Assembly (NCBI GenBank): GCA_036517735.1 | Contig: DATDUD010000048.1 | Span: 3,559-67,558, forward strand | DNA from: Minisyncoccota bacterium | GTDB lineage: Bacteria > Patescibacteriota > Minisyncoccia > Phycocordibacterales > Phycocordibacteraceae | Direction: 5' to 3' | DNA: 64,000 nt | Shown here: one piece after another, positions 55,800-64,000 of the stretch | Layout: each line of letters opens with the position of its first letter | How positions within the stretch are numbered: position 1 is the first letter of the stretch | The notes under the pieces: model-generated | Seen by the model: the letters and a program-made list of their open reading frames with translations, nothing else | What the model was told of the DNA's origin: nothing | Database searches by the model: none | Translations under genes and position numbers: made by a program

Positions 55800-57318
55800 C
55801 ACAACGAGTTTTATCATCACTACTTGGGACTTTTACCTTGTATATAGGGGATAATTTAGGGGTTTTAAACTTCGGTTTTTGGTACCTCAGATTTTGAGGG
55901 AATAACACAGACCTTAAAACTCGAAGTTCGCCTGGCTCAAGCTTCGTCCATATGCTCGGCAGTTGTTTGATAACGGATATACCGAAGCGCACATCCGCTT
56001 CTATGGACGTGTCAGGACTTATGAGCCGTTGCCTATCCGCAGTCAATTTTCTCTGTTCGGATTTCCTACGCTCACTCTGTGTGAAGTATTCCTCGTTATC
56101 AATATGCTTGCCCAAGCGCATCTGCATAACCTCGTCCAGCTCCTCTTCCAGTTTCTTGAGCCGAGTACTTATCTTTCGGGCATGAGCATATGCCTCTTTC
56201 GTTTCTCTCGCATGAACAACCGCAATGGCCTCAGCCAGTCCATTCAGAATTGCATCGTCAGGAGTGATTGAGAGCAAGAATGCCGTAAAGTCGTCCTCTA
56301 TGTCTACTCGCTTCACAGAACCCTTCTTAGGACAATCACGCTTTATGCAATTGTAGTATGCGTACTTCATGCCCAGCTTCCCAGTGCTATAACCTCCAGT
56401 CATGGAGCCACCACAGGCATCACAAAGCACTCCACGCAAGAGGAAGTCGGGATGGTCCCGACTTCGTGCTTGCTTAGCACCCTTCTTTCCGTCAAGAGTA
56501 TCTTGCACCTCATCGAATAGAGCCTCGGACACTATGGGCGTGTGCTTGCCTTGGACAGAAACGCTCCACTTCTGAATCACGACCCTGCCGCAGTGTATGG
56601 GGTTCCTAAGGATTTTAGTCACAAGCTGCTTGCTTATCTTGCGGCCATGCTTGCTCGATACGTCCCACTCTTTACGGACTTTCTTCGTCAGGTCGGATAT
56701 GCGTATCGTGCCTTTCGCATACTCCGTGAAGATGTATTCCACAATGGGAGCCTTTTCTGGATCAGGTACGATAATCTTTCTCTTCATACCGTCCTCTACG
56801 TTCTTGTATCCCCAAGGCGCACCCACAGGCCAGTAGCCATCGAGAGTCTTTGCTTTCATTCCCGTAAGAGTTCTATCTGTCTTGATGTCGTTCTCCAGTT
56901 GAGCCATGACAGCGAGCATTCCCTCTACCGCTCTTCCGGTGGGCGTGTCTTCAATGACTTCAGTTGCCGACTTTAACCCAACCCCCATTCGAGAGAAGAA
57001 CGTCTTCAGCTCATAGTGGTCGGTTGACTGTCTTGCGAATCGATCCACTTTCCACACGACCATATAGCCAACTTTTCCGAGGTTGTTTAGACAGAACTGC
57101 TTTAGCAGCGAGAGCTGGGTTCGGTCTGCCGTCTTTGCTGACTCACCCTCTTCAACAAAGACTTTTAAAACCTCCCATCCATTTTGCTTGCAATATTCCT
57201 GACATCTCTTTTCTTGACTGCCGAGACTATATCCATGAACCTGCTCCTTCGATGACACACGCACGTATATGACCGCCGTATTGGGTCGGTTCTCACTCAG
57301 TTTCTTTTTCTTTTTCAT
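55762..57318 (-). CDS. Large serine recombinase (phage-type serine integrase): resolvase catalytic domain, recombinase domain and zinc ribbon
   Basis: AVIYVRVSSKEQ (catalytic Ser motif), DRFARQ, recombinase-domain region, CDACGGSM...YYNC zinc ribbon, C-terminal coiled coil; 518 aa; the last 13 codons read through the tRNA-Glu 3' half. Confidence 0.8.
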   Translation of the reverse strand: MKKKKKLSENRPNTAVIYVRVSSKEQVHGYSLGSQEKRCQEYCKQNGWEVLKVFVEEGESAKTADRTQLSLLKQFCLNNLGKVGYMVVWKVDRFARQSTDHYELKTFFSRMGVGLKSATEVIEDTPTGRAVEGMLAVMAQLENDIKTDRTLTGMKAKTLDGYWPVGAPWGYKNVEDGMKRKIIVPDPEKAPIVEYIFTEYAKGTIRISDLTKKVRKEWDVSSKHGRKISKQLVTKILRNPIHCGRVVIQKWSVSVQGKHTPIVSEALFDEVQDTLDGKKGAKQARSRDHPDFLLRGVLCDACGGSMTGGYSTGKLGMKYAYYNCIKRDCPKKGSVKRVDIEDDFTAFLLSITPDDAILNGLAEAIAVVHARETKEAYAHARKISTRLKKLEEELDEVMQMRLGKHIDNEEYFTQSERRKSEQRKLTADRQRLISPDTSIEADVRFGISVIKQLPSIWTKLEPGELRVLRSVLFPQNLRYQKPKFKTPKLSPIYKVKVPSSDDKTRCVTSRGIEPRFDP

Positions 57319-57435
57319 AGTGATAGTCCAGTTACCACGCTCCCCTTAATTTCCGCTCGTATTGGCGAAAAAATCAAGGAGGGCGGGGAGCTGGAAAATT
57401 AGTAGGTAAGGCTAAATTCGGATTTATAAATCTAT

Positions 57436-57651
57436 TTATCCATTTGGCGGGCTCAGTCCCATTCCACCCCCAGTTCTCTGTGGAGGAGCCAGTTTCGAGG
57501 CTTCAGGCGTGTGCCTGAGCCACAACTTGTGAAGTTCTTCTGCTATCGCAAGGGCGTTATCAACGACCTCATTCTCTTCAATCTCTTTTTCAGGAAGCCC
57601 AGCTTTAAGAAGCGCGTTCTTAACGCGCTCCCTCTCATGGGGAGAATGCAT
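57436..57651 (-). CDS. Small hypothetical protein (island)
   Basis: 71 aa ORF adjacent to the integrase; helical. Confidence 0.25.
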   Translation of the reverse strand: MHSPHERERVKNALLKAGLPEKEIEENEVVDNALAIAEELHKLWLRHTPEASKLAPPQRTGGGMGLSPPNG

Positions 57652-57663
57652 GGAGAGGTGGAC

Positions 57664-57903
57664 TTACTGACGCACTAGCTGCAGCTCTGAATAGAGAAGA
57701 ACCTTCTCCCTTTGATTGACTAGAGCAACTAGATTTAAGAGAGCTTCCAAGAGAGCCTCTCTTTCTCCATCTGAGTGGTGAACGTTTTTTCTGTTGAGAA
57801 TGATGTCTTTCATTCTCCGTCTTTCACTAGGTGTTAGAACCATACATATGTTGGCTCTGTGTTCAGCTATAAAAATAGCTGACGCACAAAAGCGATTAGC
57901 CAA
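57664..57903 (-). CDS. Small hypothetical protein, possible DNA-binding regulator of the island (divergent from the operator-like region)
   Basis: 79 aa, basic N-terminus (SERRRMKDIILNRKN) then a helical segment; faces the ACTGGACAT repeat region. Confidence 0.25.
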   Translation of the reverse strand: MANRFCASAIFIAEHRANICMVLTPSERRRMKDIILNRKNVHHSDGEREALLEALLNLVALVNQREKVLLYSELQLVRQ

Positions 57904-58239
57904 CCCAACTAACCACGAATTGAGGTTGGAATTCTAATCACTTTTAAGCATCAGCAAACTTTGTTTTCTATCAGCTGCTTCCATTCATTCGTTAGCCCTC
58001 GGTAGCAAGTTCAGCGTAATCACAGCTGATAGGCGACGCAGAGGTACCATTCGCAAAAGCTTTTCCCTCTCTGTCAAAAAGTGTGGTTATTTCCGTCGTA
58101 CAGGTTCCCCCGCACGACCTAAGAACATCGTACAAGATTCCTGAATTGCTGCAAGCTCTTTACTTTTCCATACCTAAAGAAACACGGTAAACTAGGCATG
58201 ACCTAAACCAGTGGCTTTAGCTGCGGCATGGTCACTAAA

Positions 58240-58388
58240 ATTCGCTGGACATAGAAATCCCGTCATCAGGGCGTGTCCAGCGTTATAGGGGGAAACTCCT
58301 ATAGGGGTCGCAAGATCCTACTGGTGGCGGGATTTGTGTCAGCGCCACTGGACATTAAAAATCTAAAGCACACTGGACATGCTTTATT
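58240..58388. promoter_or_regulatory. Operator-like cluster: ACTGGACAT motif, four direct copies and one inverted copy, spanning the promoter and start codon of the 58379 gene
   Basis: CGCTGGACAT (58243), inverted TGTCCAGCG (58282), CACTGGACATTAAAAA (58348), CACTGGACATGCTTTA (58372, includes the ATG). Confidence 0.45.
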
Positions 58389-58981
58389 TCATTGCGCTGG
58401 GGACAGCAATAGTGGGACTTGTAGTTGGAATATTTGCACCTCCACTCGTGAGGGAGATGCTGACAACACAAGAACCAGTAGCGACAGTCGTACAGCAAGC
58501 AGCGTCAAGCGAAGAAACGGGAACCTCAATTTTGCAGCCGATAATTCTGAGCCAACCTCTCAACACGCCAGCAGCCTCCGTTCAACAAACAGGAAACATC
58601 GAGCTTAAGATTGCTCGCTGCGAAGCAGAGAAAGACCAAGCGCACAGCACTGCCTTACAACAGATAAACCAAGCAGCTGACCAACGATTGAAAGAAGTCT
58701 TTGCTTCTTTAGAGAAGCAGTATCAGGATGCCGTAGAGGATATATTCGCTGCCGTAGGTGTAGATCGCATTAGTGGGGACTACTCTTTGTCAGGGTTCGA
58801 TAAGTCGCTTCTACTATCAGAGTCAAATTACGACGCGACCAGACAGGCCGAAGCCTTATACAAAAATCAGCAGACATTCTGGCTCAATCAAAAAGCCGAG
58901 ATTGAGGCAAGTAGAAAGTCGGCAACAGACAAGCTGGACGTACGCCTGAGCGAAGAATACAACACGTGCCTCGGCAGTTAG
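58379..58981 (+). CDS. Membrane-anchored coiled-coil protein (island; hypothetical)
   Basis: 200 aa; N-terminal TM MLYFIALGTAIVGLVVGIFAPPLV, then a Gln/Ala-rich coiled region. Confidence 0.4.
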   Translation: MLYFIALGTAIVGLVVGIFAPPLVREMLTTQEPVATVVQQAASSEETGTSILQPIILSQPLNTPAASVQQTGNIELKIARCEAEKDQAHSTALQQINQAADQRLKEVFASLEKQYQDAVEDIFAAVGVDRISGDYSLSGFDKSLLLSESNYDATRQAEALYKNQQTFWLNQKAEIEASRKSATDKLDVRLSEEYNTCLGS

Positions 58982-59062
58982 TGGCGACGGAATTTGTATC
59001 AGCTCAACTGGACATTAAAAATCTAAAGCACACTGGACATGCTTTACCTCATGCTGGGAGCG
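58982..59062. repeat. Second copy of the ~60-nt promoter/5'-end module (CAACTGGACATTAAAAATCTAAAGCACACTGGACATGCTTTA) first seen at 58321-58400
   Basis: About 90% identical to the 58340-58388 copy, including the duplicated ACTGGACAT motifs and the MLY start. Confidence 0.75.
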
Positions 59063-59201
59063 ATAATTTTCTTGCTCTCATTCTGTGCGGCTGGAAGTGT
59101 TGCAGCGGAGGAAGAAAAAGGAGCGGCCATAATTCTTGCCTTCTTGATAAACATCGTCATAGCAGTCCTGCTTGCTGTGGCGTATTTCTTTTTTCTTTAA
59201 G
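59040..59201 (+). CDS. Small two-TM membrane protein (53 aa; holin-like size), not in the ORF track
   Basis: MLYLMLGAIIFLLSFCAAGSVAAEEEKGAAIILAFLINIVIAVLLAVAYFFFL; driven by the duplicated promoter module. Confidence 0.3.
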
Positions 59202-59387
59202 ACCGAGTGTGATTAAACTGATTTATTTATCAGTAAATCAGTTTCCACACTGGATACTAAGTACACAAATCAGCTGTATCGTTAAGGCTTTATAAGCTTG
59301 ACTACTAACTTGAGGGATGGGATTCGCATATTCAGGATATATTTATTCGAAATCCCTTCATGAAGAGAAAGTGATATAATCCAGCCT

Positions 59388-61295
59388 ATGAAACTGGACC
59401 GCGTTTCAATAAAGAACTACCGTTCAATTAAAGAGCTGGATCTCAATTTCGATCCCGCCTGTAAAGTCTTGGTCGGAATTAATGAATCCGGGAAGTCCAA
59501 CATACTCCGTGCACTCGAGCTTCTAGATACAACTGTACAACCTACGAAGAAAGACCTGAGAGATCCTGTCAAAAGTGAGAAGCAGCCTACAGAGGCATAC
59601 GTACGGTTTATCTTCAAATTTGGCGCCAAAGAAACTGCTGAGATTTTTGGAATCTTAAAGCCAAAGGTTCTCGCTGCAAAGATTACTGAGCCAATAATCA
59701 ACTGGCGCTCGAGGGATCTTTCGCTTGAGGAGTTTTGTACTGGCCGTGAGGGTCTTTACATAACTAACCTCATGAACTCCACCAAGCATTTCTCCGTATG
59801 GACTCTGGTAGGCGGCAAGATACTCGGCTCATGGAAGTCTGTTGCAGAAGCATGCCCTGCCGATTTTACAGTCAGTAACTCGAAGGGTGAAGTTATAAAA
59901 CTCAAAGAGTTTACTATCGTCAACATTGCCGACTTCAAGGATATTCCTACGGAGTATATTCAGGACTTAGAGCCTGAAGATTTGAATGACTTTGTTGGTG
60001 ATGCAATACGACAAGGAGTTGAAGACAATCTGCCCTCCGTACTGTTCTGGGATTACAACGACTCAAAGCTTCTTCCGCCCAAGATAAACCTCAAGCAGTT
60101 TTGTGACAATCCAGATGTATGTATCCCGTTAAAACGGATGTTTAACCTCAATGGTATCTGGACTATAAAGAAAGAAGTTGAAGCAGCTCAGCAAGGGAAC
60201 GCCAATACTCTGCGGAATCTGTTGAGACGTATTGCAGATACTACAACCAAGCACTTTCATAAAACATGGAAAGAGTACGATGACATTAAGTTCTCGCTAG
60301 CAGTGGACGGTGACGATATAGCAGCCACAATTGAGGACAAATCCAACCATTACGAACTCTCTCAAAGAAGCGACGGCTTCAAGCGATTTGTAACATTCCT
60401 CTTACTCGTTTCTGCTGAAGCAGAGACAGAAATTCTCCAAGATACCTTGTTGCTTATAGATGAGCCAGAAATTGGCCTTCATCCAACTGGTACAAGATAC
60501 CTGAGAGACGAACTTATAAAAATCTCAAAGGACAATCAGGTGGTCTTCAGTACCCACTCCATATTCATGATTGATAATCGCCTAGTGCGCAGACACTTGA
60601 TAGTTAAGAAGGAGAACGAAATCACTCAGGTAGAAGAAGTCTCTGAGTCAAACATCCAGGACGAAGAGGTCATATATAAATCCCTTGGCTACTCCATATT
60701 TTCAAACCTTAAGGAGAAAAATCTTATCTTTGAAGGATGGCGAGATAAGAAGCTCTTTGAGGTTGCAATGACAAGAGTCCCTGCTACGCACTCACAGATT
60801 AAGGTTCCACTCAAGGCAACCGGTCATTGTTTCTCTCAAGGAGTTAAACAAATTGAGAATATCACTCCGCTATTTGAAGCAGGCGAACGCATGTGCCTCA
60901 TTCTGAGTGATAACGATGCAATGGCACAGGAGAAACAAAAGAGGTATCGAGCTGAGAAAGGATACGGGGTATGGCGCAGATACGACGAAGTTGTTGCTGG
61001 CTCTGCAGCAACAACTGGGGAGGACTTTATAAAAGAGGCTGCGTTTGCAGCAGAAGTCGTAAAGCTTCAAACCAAACATTCACTTGCTACAGGACCAACT
61101 CTTACAGATTCCAAGGGGAAGATCTATGCTATCAAGCAGTGGCTGTCTTCTAACGGAGTTGCAAAAGATGACGTAGATACGGCAATTACGGAAGTTAAAG
61201 AAGAAATCTTTAGCAATCTTAAGTTAGCTGATATTGAGCCTGCCTACTACGACTATTTGGCTGGTGTAGCAAAGGAGGTAGAAGCTCTTAAATAA
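59388..61295 (+). CDS. OLD-family ATP-dependent nuclease (ABC/AAA_15-type ATPase fused to a Toprim domain; Gabija GajA-like or PARIS AriAB-like)
   Basis: Walker A GINESGKSN, Walker B plus D-loop LLLIDEPEIGLHP, H-loop FSTHS, Toprim Glu in NLIFEGWRD and DxD in LILSDNDAMA; 635 aa. Confidence 0.7.
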   Translation: MKLDRVSIKNYRSIKELDLNFDPACKVLVGINESGKSNILRALELLDTTVQPTKKDLRDPVKSEKQPTEAYVRFIFKFGAKETAEIFGILKPKVLAAKITEPIINWRSRDLSLEEFCTGREGLYITNLMNSTKHFSVWTLVGGKILGSWKSVAEACPADFTVSNSKGEVIKLKEFTIVNIADFKDIPTEYIQDLEPEDLNDFVGDAIRQGVEDNLPSVLFWDYNDSKLLPPKINLKQFCDNPDVCIPLKRMFNLNGIWTIKKEVEAAQQGNANTLRNLLRRIADTTTKHFHKTWKEYDDIKFSLAVDGDDIAATIEDKSNHYELSQRSDGFKRFVTFLLLVSAEAETEILQDTLLLIDEPEIGLHPTGTRYLRDELIKISKDNQVVFSTHSIFMIDNRLVRRHLIVKKENEITQVEEVSESNIQDEEVIYKSLGYSIFSNLKEKNLIFEGWRDKKLFEVAMTRVPATHSQIKVPLKATGHCFSQGVKQIENITPLFEAGERMCLILSDNDAMAQEKQKRYRAEKGYGVWRRYDEVVAGSAATTGEDFIKEAAFAAEVVKLQTKHSLATGPTLTDSKGKIYAIKQWLSSNGVAKDDVDTAITEVKEEIFSNLKLADIEPAYYDYLAGVAKEVEALK

Positions 61296-61297
61296 AT

Positions 61298-61819
61298 ATG
61301 AATACAAAAGAAATACCCGTTTGGCTCATAGTACTTATTACAGCCTTAGTTGCTGGAGGTGCTGTATATCTTCTTACGGGCAAAGACCAGTCCGCGCCCT
61401 CACTCACTGTTGAAAACTCAATAGCTGAAGCTACAGCTAGTTCAAGAGAGTACGCAGTGATGGGAAGAGAATTATGGAGCGCGTTTTCATGTTCTTCCTG
61501 GGCATCCATACTGGAAGATGAAGTCGAGCAAGGGCGACTATTTATGTATGGGTATTCTCAAGGGCAAGAGTTCTTAAAGGCAGTCGAGGCAAACAAAATA
61601 TCATCAGAGGACTTTGGACAAGAAGTTCCAATTGGAGTATCTCTATCTCTTCAGGGACCAACCCATGAGTTCATACTTGGCCAGCTATTTGCATTTGCTC
61701 AAGATAGTGCTTTAGATGAGGTCTTCACAACCAACGGTGAGTACAATTCTACAGACATGCAAAAGATTATTGCTCAGAATAAGTTCACAGATAGCAATTG
61801 TGAACTTATTGGTGAATAG
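61298..61819 (+). CDS. Membrane-anchored hypothetical protein downstream of the OLD-family gene
   Basis: 173 aa; N-terminal TM IPVWLIVLITALVAGGAVYLL; 3-nt gap after the OLD gene stop. Confidence 0.4.
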   Translation: MNTKEIPVWLIVLITALVAGGAVYLLTGKDQSAPSLTVENSIAEATASSREYAVMGRELWSAFSCSSWASILEDEVEQGRLFMYGYSQGQEFLKAVEANKISSEDFGQEVPIGVSLSLQGPTHEFILGQLFAFAQDSALDEVFTTNGEYNSTDMQKIIAQNKFTDSNCELIGE

Positions 61820-62015
61820 AGGGTTTTAACTCCATCAAGGGAGTATTCCTTGTACTCGTTGAGACACAAAGAATCCCTGCTTTTGGAAGCTAGAGAACTT
61901 ACTCGCTACACGACTGAGTTCTTGAAGACTCTCAATCAAGGGTTTTGAGTTCCGGATCGTTAAGGTCACCAATTAGAGAGCTAGTTCGAGCACTCGAGAA
62001 GGCTCGGATTTAGAG

Positions 62016-62052
62016 GAAAAGAGTAGGTCTGTACAAGATCTACTCTTTTCGC
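62016..62052. terminator. Hairpin terminator-like element in the AT-rich spacer
   Basis: AAAGAGTAG-GTCTGTACAAGAT-CTACTCTTT followed by TCGC. Confidence 0.35.
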
Positions 62053-62544
62053 ATTATGTATGTGCATCAGGGGGCCAAGAACTCTGCTCGGCTACAAGCT
62101 CCTTTTTATACATTGCACCTCTTTCATTAGGCAAACTGTCGCGTCGCTTCGGAACGGCGACGGACAATTGCGGAGTATGTTTTCCATACAGGCATACTTG
62201 TTCTACGTTCGCTCATGTTGAATTTTGAAACTACGTACTCACATTTACGATAATATGGCTATAAATAAGGAGTTAAATAATAAATAACTGAAAATGAAAA
62301 GGAACAAAACCTAATCAAGAACAAGATACGTTCGTGGAGTTTCACCTCCGCCCGTTTGCTGGTCTGTTCCATTTCCGTACTTTGGGCTCCAAAACGTCGG
62401 CTACATGCTTAAATATGCTTAAATTCTCGTTTTCTCCTCTAAAAGTTGCGCTGTACTGCTGACATTGTTATTTACTGAGGATGTACTTGCGCCTTAAAAG
62501 CATTTCTGTATAATAAAGATGTAACCCATTAACCATTTTCATAT

Positions 62545-62940
62545 ATGAACACAACACCTAACCCTCTCGATGCACTTCTTACCGATGATGCAGCAACAAA
62601 CCGCGAACAGTTGGCAGCGTTGGTTGGACCATTCGTAAAAATTGTAAAGGACTCAAAGGAGTTTGAATTTCTCCCCGCTTTCTCAAAGCTCGATAACAGC
62701 TCAAAAGTAGAAATCATGTTGGCCGCTAGTAAGGCTCGCGCACTTCTCTTTGATGAAACCGACGGCCTTGCCCCTTCCGAAATCATCGCGACGCAGGTGA
62801 TGACTGAGGGTTCAACAAAATCAGCGATCAAAAGTCTTTTTGATGGACGCAAGATCAAGAAGAACAAGGAAGGTAAAAAATACATTTTGCCACCCTACCG
62901 TATTCCCGAGCTTGTTGAAAAATTTATCAAAAGTAACTAA
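62545..62940 (+). CDS. Hypothetical protein (island cargo, unknown family)
   Basis: 131 aa, first gene of a 3-gene unit in ~40% GC DNA. Confidence 0.4.
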   Translation: MNTTPNPLDALLTDDAATNREQLAALVGPFVKIVKDSKEFEFLPAFSKLDNSSKVEIMLAASKARALLFDETDGLAPSEIIATQVMTEGSTKSAIKSLFDGRKIKKNKEGKKYILPPYRIPELVEKFIKSN

Positions 62941-62949
62941 TACACACCC

Positions 62950-63327
62950 ATGGAAACAAATGAACAACGTATATCTGCATTGGAATCCCGCGTAAAAACA
63001 CTTGAGGCACTGATTCTTAATGCCGATGCTCCCACAGTAAACGTAAGTAGGAAGGAAAAGACCCTTCGAGAAATCATAAAAGGAAAGAAATTTAATGGGC
63101 AGGAGCAGGTTGCTGCTATCGTTGGTTATCACGAAAAGATTCTCGGTCAGGCTGTTCACAAAAATGAGATCAAAAATGCATGGCAGGAAGCAAAAATGAA
63201 TGGAAAGTACGCAGCCATCTATCTGACCCGAGCGCAAAAAGACGCACTTGTACGTATTCTTGCTGATGACACATGTGACCTTACTCAAACTGGAGAAGAT
63301 TTTTTTGACGGATTACTAACTAATTAA
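62950..63327 (+). CDS. Hypothetical protein (island cargo, unknown family)
   Basis: 125 aa, N-terminal coiled coil (RISALESRVKTLEALI). Confidence 0.4.
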   Translation: METNEQRISALESRVKTLEALILNADAPTVNVSRKEKTLREIIKGKKFNGQEQVAAIVGYHEKILGQAVHKNEIKNAWQEAKMNGKYAAIYLTRAQKDALVRILADDTCDLTQTGEDFFDGLLTN

Positions 63328-63334
63328 AATTGAT

Positions 63335-63925
63335 ATGGAATCAAAAGAAATAAAAAAGAACATTTCCTTGGCGCTCGAGGCTGTCGAAGAGATGCAGGAC
63401 AAAGAACTGAAGGCTGTTGCTTTCGGTGTTGTGCTTGAACAGATGCTTATAACATCACTTCCAGATCAGAATAAGGTCCATACTCCAAGAGAAGCGCCCC
63501 CAAGAAATGATGCTTCTCCGAGCTTGTCACCGACCGTTAGGATGTCTCCGGCTTTGAGTTCCTTGCCTATTACACAGGAGCAACTATCAGAAATTTATGA
63601 GGTGAATGGTGATGAGCTCAGATTGCGAGTAAAGGTAAATGATGTGAAGAATTCAGAGCAGCAACGGAAACTTGCGCAAGCTATGCTTTTTGGCTACAAA
63701 GTGCTCCTTGATGAAAAGGACGTAAAGGGCTCAAAATTGCTTATGACTGCAAAAGAATGGGATATCCCCACTGATCATTTCGTGAAGAACATCAAGGGTA
63801 ATAAGAAGAATCCAAATAAGTACGTAGATATCCGAAATACTGGCAAAGGAAAAGATCCAATCTTTTCTCTTAGACCAGGAGCTCTCAATAAACTGGTAGA
63901 CGAAGTGAAAGCACTCGCTTCCTAG
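63335..63925 (+). CDS. Hypothetical protein (island cargo, unknown family)
   Basis: 196 aa; Ser/Pro-rich linker between two helical/beta regions. Confidence 0.4.
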   Translation: MESKEIKKNISLALEAVEEMQDKELKAVAFGVVLEQMLITSLPDQNKVHTPREAPPRNDASPSLSPTVRMSPALSSLPITQEQLSEIYEVNGDELRLRVKVNDVKNSEQQRKLAQAMLFGYKVLLDEKDVKGSKLLMTAKEWDIPTDHFVKNIKGNKKNPNKYVDIRNTGKGKDPIFSLRPGALNKLVDEVKALAS

Positions 63926-64000
63926 CTTTTACTATGAATCCTCTAGTACAACACCTAAAGAATCTGCCGAATGATCTAGTTACCGCACTACAGACGGAAT

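Larger units (their letters stand above)
55762..64000. mobile_element. Integrated prophage-like or genomic-island element at tRNA-Glu(CTC), low GC (~40-47%); the right end is beyond the window
   Basis: Integrase overlapping the tRNA 3' end; GC drops from ~54% to ~40-47%; cargo includes an OLD-family nuclease, operator-like repeats and unknown genes; no second att copy of the tRNA 3' end is seen before the window end. Confidence 0.6.

Noticed and set aside
1-64000. rRNA genes, RNase P RNA, SRP RNA and tmRNA.
   Set aside because: No conserved cores (e.g. GGAAAGTCCGGGC, GGAAGGAAGCAGC, 16S/23S signatures) were recognised anywhere in the window.

Overview
This 64 kb window reads as chromosomal sequence from a small-genome bacterium, probably Candidate Phyla Radiation / Patescibacteria (Parcubacteria-like). 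GC is about 54%. Supporting signs are an IF-2 that begins at the G domain, a 4-domain S1, a short ValRS, and multiple TrbC/VirB2-like pilin-family paralogs. Housekeeping genes include clpB (5' part), a cysteine desulfurase, infB-rbfA, gyrA (intein-containing), rpsA, pth, lepB, rpsU-ybeY-ftsA-ftsZ, trxB, tsaD, valS, rseP-frr, rpmA, rplI, rplU, cysS-dnaB-recR, rmuC and truB. There are ten tRNA genes. Accessory and unusual content is as follows. (i) A tandem array of five divergent VirB2/TrbC-like small membrane paralogs sits in an operon with a solute-binding protein and a methyltransferase. (ii) GyrA carries a 394-aa intein between GQGNFG and SVDGD, with an HNH-like module and four basic repeats. 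(iii) A low-GC integrated element begins at tRNA-Glu(CTC). Its large serine recombinase overlaps the tRNA 3' end, and it carries an OLD-family ATPase-Toprim nuclease, iterated operator-like ACTGGACAT motifs, a duplicated promoter/N-terminus module and three unknown genes. (iv) There are two MazF/EndoA-like toxin paralogs with no obvious antitoxin, each followed by tandem GC hairpin repeats. (v) A free-standing LAGLIDADG endonuclease gene lies in an AT-rich islet between tRNA-Ser and tRNA-Glu. (vi) An anomalous GC3-rich segment with a strong terminator sits upstream of rpsA. (vii) A retropepsin-like protease is paired with a small partner gene. No rRNA genes or CRISPR arrays were seen.
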